Shown in pieces: positions 58,046-60,122 of a DNA stretch of 60,122 nt (position 1 is the first letter of the stretch; each line of letters begins with the position of its first letter). The position numbers and the translations under genes are program-made. The DNA comes from a virus. Taxonomy: Duplodnaviria; Caudoviricetes. The notes beneath the pieces were generated by a model. The model was not told the DNA's origin, searched no databases, and saw nothing but the letters and a program-made list of their open reading frames with translations. The stretch spans positions 1-60,122 of IMG/VR virus record IMGVR_UViG_3300030098_003345; one strand, written 5' to 3'.

Positions 58046-58687
58046 ATGAGCAATTTAATGCAAATCGAGACAGACTTTTTAGCGAGTGCGGAAGTCAGAA
58101 CAAGTATCAATTTTGATACAATTTTTAACTTGCGTGATTCCGTCAAAGACGCAAAGAAATCCAAGTTTGAGAAATCGCTGAAGTTAGCGAAAATGGTAAG
58201 CCAATCAGTACAATGGTTTAACGCATCTGAGACCAAACAACTCCTTGAGGATAACGGGATTGATTGGGGTAATACTGAAGAGTTTTTCAACAAAGTTTAC
58301 GGATGGCAAAAATCCTTTGGCTACAAGATGGTCAAAGCGGGTAAGCTACAGGAAGACGAACAGGCAATCGTGACGAAATTCAAACGTCAATGTACTCAGG
58401 CGGAGAACAATGGCGAAGACGCAAATAGAAGTATAGAAGCATTATTGAAATTTGCGAAAGCGGAAGCGGATGGAGAAGAAGCTGAAGTTACAAGAGCAAA
58501 GACCTATGCCACATTCAGTATAGCGAAAGATGGTATCAATGGCGAGTCCGGTGTAAGCATTCGTTTAACTGATGATGGTGTAGTAATCAATGGTGACATT
58601 GAGAACGATAACATTAAATCCTATGCTATAGCACTCTTTAACAATATGGAAATCATTGCAAGACGTTTAAACCAATCAAATCAATAA
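58046..58687 (+). CDS. First early gene; hypothetical, possibly DNA-binding
   Basis: 213 aa; FFNKVYGWQKSFGYKMVK is HTH-like. Confidence 0.7.
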   Translation: MSNLMQIETDFLASAEVRTSINFDTIFNLRDSVKDAKKSKFEKSLKLAKMVSQSVQWFNASETKQLLEDNGIDWGNTEEFFNKVYGWQKSFGYKMVKAGKLQEDEQAIVTKFKRQCTQAENNGEDANRSIEALLKFAKAEADGEEAEVTRAKTYATFSIAKDGINGESGVSIRLTDDGVVINGDIENDNIKSYAIALFNNMEIIARRLNQSNQ

Positions 58688-58695
58688 TCTAATCT

Positions 58696-58711
58696 GTGTC
58701 TTCAAAGACAC
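58696..58711 (+). repeat. 16-bp palindrome
   Basis: GTGTCTTCAAAGACAC, starting 36 nt upstream of ATG 58732. Confidence 0.95.
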
Positions 58712-58731
58712 AACTAAAAACCACACAAATT

Positions 58732-59817
58732 ATGAGAAATTTAAACAACACAGGGCACAAATTCGAGTGTATCGGAGATACCGATATAAGAGGTGAAATT
58801 GTTGGCTATGGTAGCAAAGCCGAAGCCATAAAAATCAACAAAGCACTCCCTTTAGATTTCAACGGAATCCGGATGCAAGACAGGAAGAACGTCTTGTTTG
58901 ATGGGGTTGAAGCTACGTCAAAATTCACTATCGGCTTTGAAGTAGAGAAAAACACATTTCATAGGGGATGCGTTAAAGAATACCCATTGTTCTGTGGATT
59001 CGAACGGGATGGTTCTTGCGGATTTGAAGCGGTTACTCACGTTCTACCTTTGTTAGGGAAATCATATTGGAGAACGAAAGTTTTCAATATGTTCCACGAA
59101 GCACAGAGAGTAATTGAAGATAGCTACTCCCCATCTGATGTGTCTTGCGGTGGACACATTACCGTAGGTGTAGAGGGGATGGATGGAGCTGATTTGATGG
59201 AAAGAATGCGAAAATTTGTTCCTATCCTGTATGCCATCTTTCGTAAGAGGTTAGCTAATACCTTTTGCTATGGCAATCCACAGATGGTAGATACAAGAGG
59301 TGGTGTAGGAATCAATATTAATGTAGGCAAATACTCTGTAGCTCTCAATAAGCACTTTGGTGTAGAAATTCGCTTACCATCAAGAGTAACGTCTGTTAAG
59401 CAGATGATTCGCCGATATGAGCTAATGTATCATATCGTTGATTTTGCGGTCAATCATCCGAATGCTACTTACAACAGGTTCATACGAACAATTGAACCAA
59501 TCTTACTTTCAATGTACAATCAGGATGCAGACAAAGTTACGCAGTTAGTTGAATTGTCGAAGCATTTCCGCAAGTTTATCTTTACGGGTAAAGTAGATAT
59601 TAATACTATAGGATGGGTAAATGGATGGTGGAGAAGTAATTTTCCTTATAGCGGTAGTAACTACATTCCAAGCGAGAATTACCAACGCAGTTTGGTATCT
59701 CTCATTCAACAGAATGGTGGTGTTTCTGATGTAAGAGATTTATGGTACAACAATGTGTTATCCTCACGTCTTGACAATTCAGTTTACAATCCAATTGGCG
59801 GTATCAGTAATTTCTGA
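58732..59817 (+). CDS. Putative amidoligase (COOH-NH2 ligase, glutamine synthetase/GCS-like fold)
   Basis: FTIGFEVE, ERDGS..FEAVT, SCGGHIT, KYSVAL, VEIR motifs. Confidence 0.75.
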   Translation: MRNLNNTGHKFECIGDTDIRGEIVGYGSKAEAIKINKALPLDFNGIRMQDRKNVLFDGVEATSKFTIGFEVEKNTFHRGCVKEYPLFCGFERDGSCGFEAVTHVLPLLGKSYWRTKVFNMFHEAQRVIEDSYSPSDVSCGGHITVGVEGMDGADLMERMRKFVPILYAIFRKRLANTFCYGNPQMVDTRGGVGININVGKYSVALNKHFGVEIRLPSRVTSVKQMIRRYELMYHIVDFAVNHPNATYNRFIRTIEPILLSMYNQDADKVTQLVELSKHFRKFIFTGKVDINTIGWVNGWWRSNFPYSGSNYIPSENYQRSLVSLIQQNGGVSDVRDLWYNNVLSSRLDNSVYNPIGGISNF

Positions 59818-59824
59818 CTCAGTA

Positions 59825-59854
59825 AGGGGTGGTGTCTTCAAAGACACTACTCCT
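59825..59854 (+). repeat. 16-bp palindrome (59832-59847) inside an extended hairpin directly before hammerhead 2
   Basis: AGGGGTGGTGTCT-TCAA-AGACACTACTCCT; 13 pairs including two G.U. Confidence 0.9.
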
Positions 59855-59902
59855 CTGTCGATAGGTGTGTGCCTATCCTGATGAAGCGAAAGCAGAAACA
59901 GA
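59854..59902 (+). ncRNA. Type III hammerhead ribozyme, copy 2 (predicted cut after C59859)
   Basis: TCTG-TC | GATAGG-TGTGTG-CCTATC | CTGATGA | A-GC-GAAA-GC-A | GAAA | CAGA. Confidence 0.85.
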
Positions 59903-59922
59903 AATCTTTAAACCATAACAAA

Positions 59923-60122
59923 ATGAAGACATTAAACACTATTCAAAACGCAACCCTAACACTTATAGCACTATTTGTGCTCACATCAATTATTAGGGTA
60001 TTGGTTCACATCGTACAAACGCATCCATTTCAACTCTCCAATATTATTTCATTTGGAGTGCTTAGTTTGATAGTATATGTGATGTGTGCAATCCTACTCG
60101 GTTTATGGAAAGAATCCTTTCG
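59923..60122 (+). CDS. Small two-TM membrane protein spanning the origin (68 aa, stop at nt 105-107 on the circle)
   Basis: Hand translation MKTLNTIQNATLTLIALFVLTSIIRVLVHIVQTHPFQLSNIISFGVLSLIVYVMCAILLGLWKESFRG; A-rich leader; missing from the ORF track because it wraps. Confidence 0.7.
   Translation, partial: MKTLNTIQNATLTLIALFVLTSIIRVLVHIVQTHPFQLSNIISFGVLSLIVYVMCAILLGLWKESF
60023..60122. repeat. Terminal direct repeat (copy 2)
   Basis: Matches nt 1-100 with one mismatch. Confidence 0.95.

Noticed and set aside
1027-59847. Palindrome copies as a CRISPR array or integron attC sites
   Set aside because: Copies are 16 bp, 0.9-10 kb apart and often inside genes; no cas gene or integrase is visible

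Overview
This window appears to be a complete, circularly permuted dsDNA tailed-phage genome. The unit length is about 60,022 bp, because nt 1-100 recur at 60023-60122 with one mismatch. The gene set is podovirus-like: terminase, portal, scaffold, major capsid protein, ring and nozzle proteins, and three ejection-type proteins, one of them 3206 aa with an HExxH motif. The host is probably a Bacteroidota (Flavobacteriia-like) bacterium, judged from many TAnnTTTG -7 promoter boxes and A-rich starts without Shine-Dalgarno sequences. The + strand arm (58.0 kb, through the origin, to 15.0 kb) carries early and replication genes: an amidoligase, a class II glutamine amidotransferase/GGCT fusion, an annealing protein, an exonuclease, an SSB, a primase-helicase, an SNF2 helicase and nucleases. 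The - strand arm (57.4 to 15.0 kb) carries GroEL/GroES, lysis and virion genes. The most striking non-coding signals are these. (1) Two covarying type III hammerhead ribozymes with an atypical A.A at the base of stem II, each directly behind one of the two amide-chemistry enzyme genes. (2) A 16-bp palindrome, GTGTCTT(CA/TA/TG)AAGACAC, present in at least 16 copies, spaced about 1.1 kb apart across the early region and largely oriented with transcription. It brackets both enzyme genes and forms the hairpin in front of each ribozyme. (3) Two homologous iteron-like modules. (4) A duplicated terminator-promoter-two-gene cassette behind the capsid gene. All calls were made by eye from motifs; no database searches were run.
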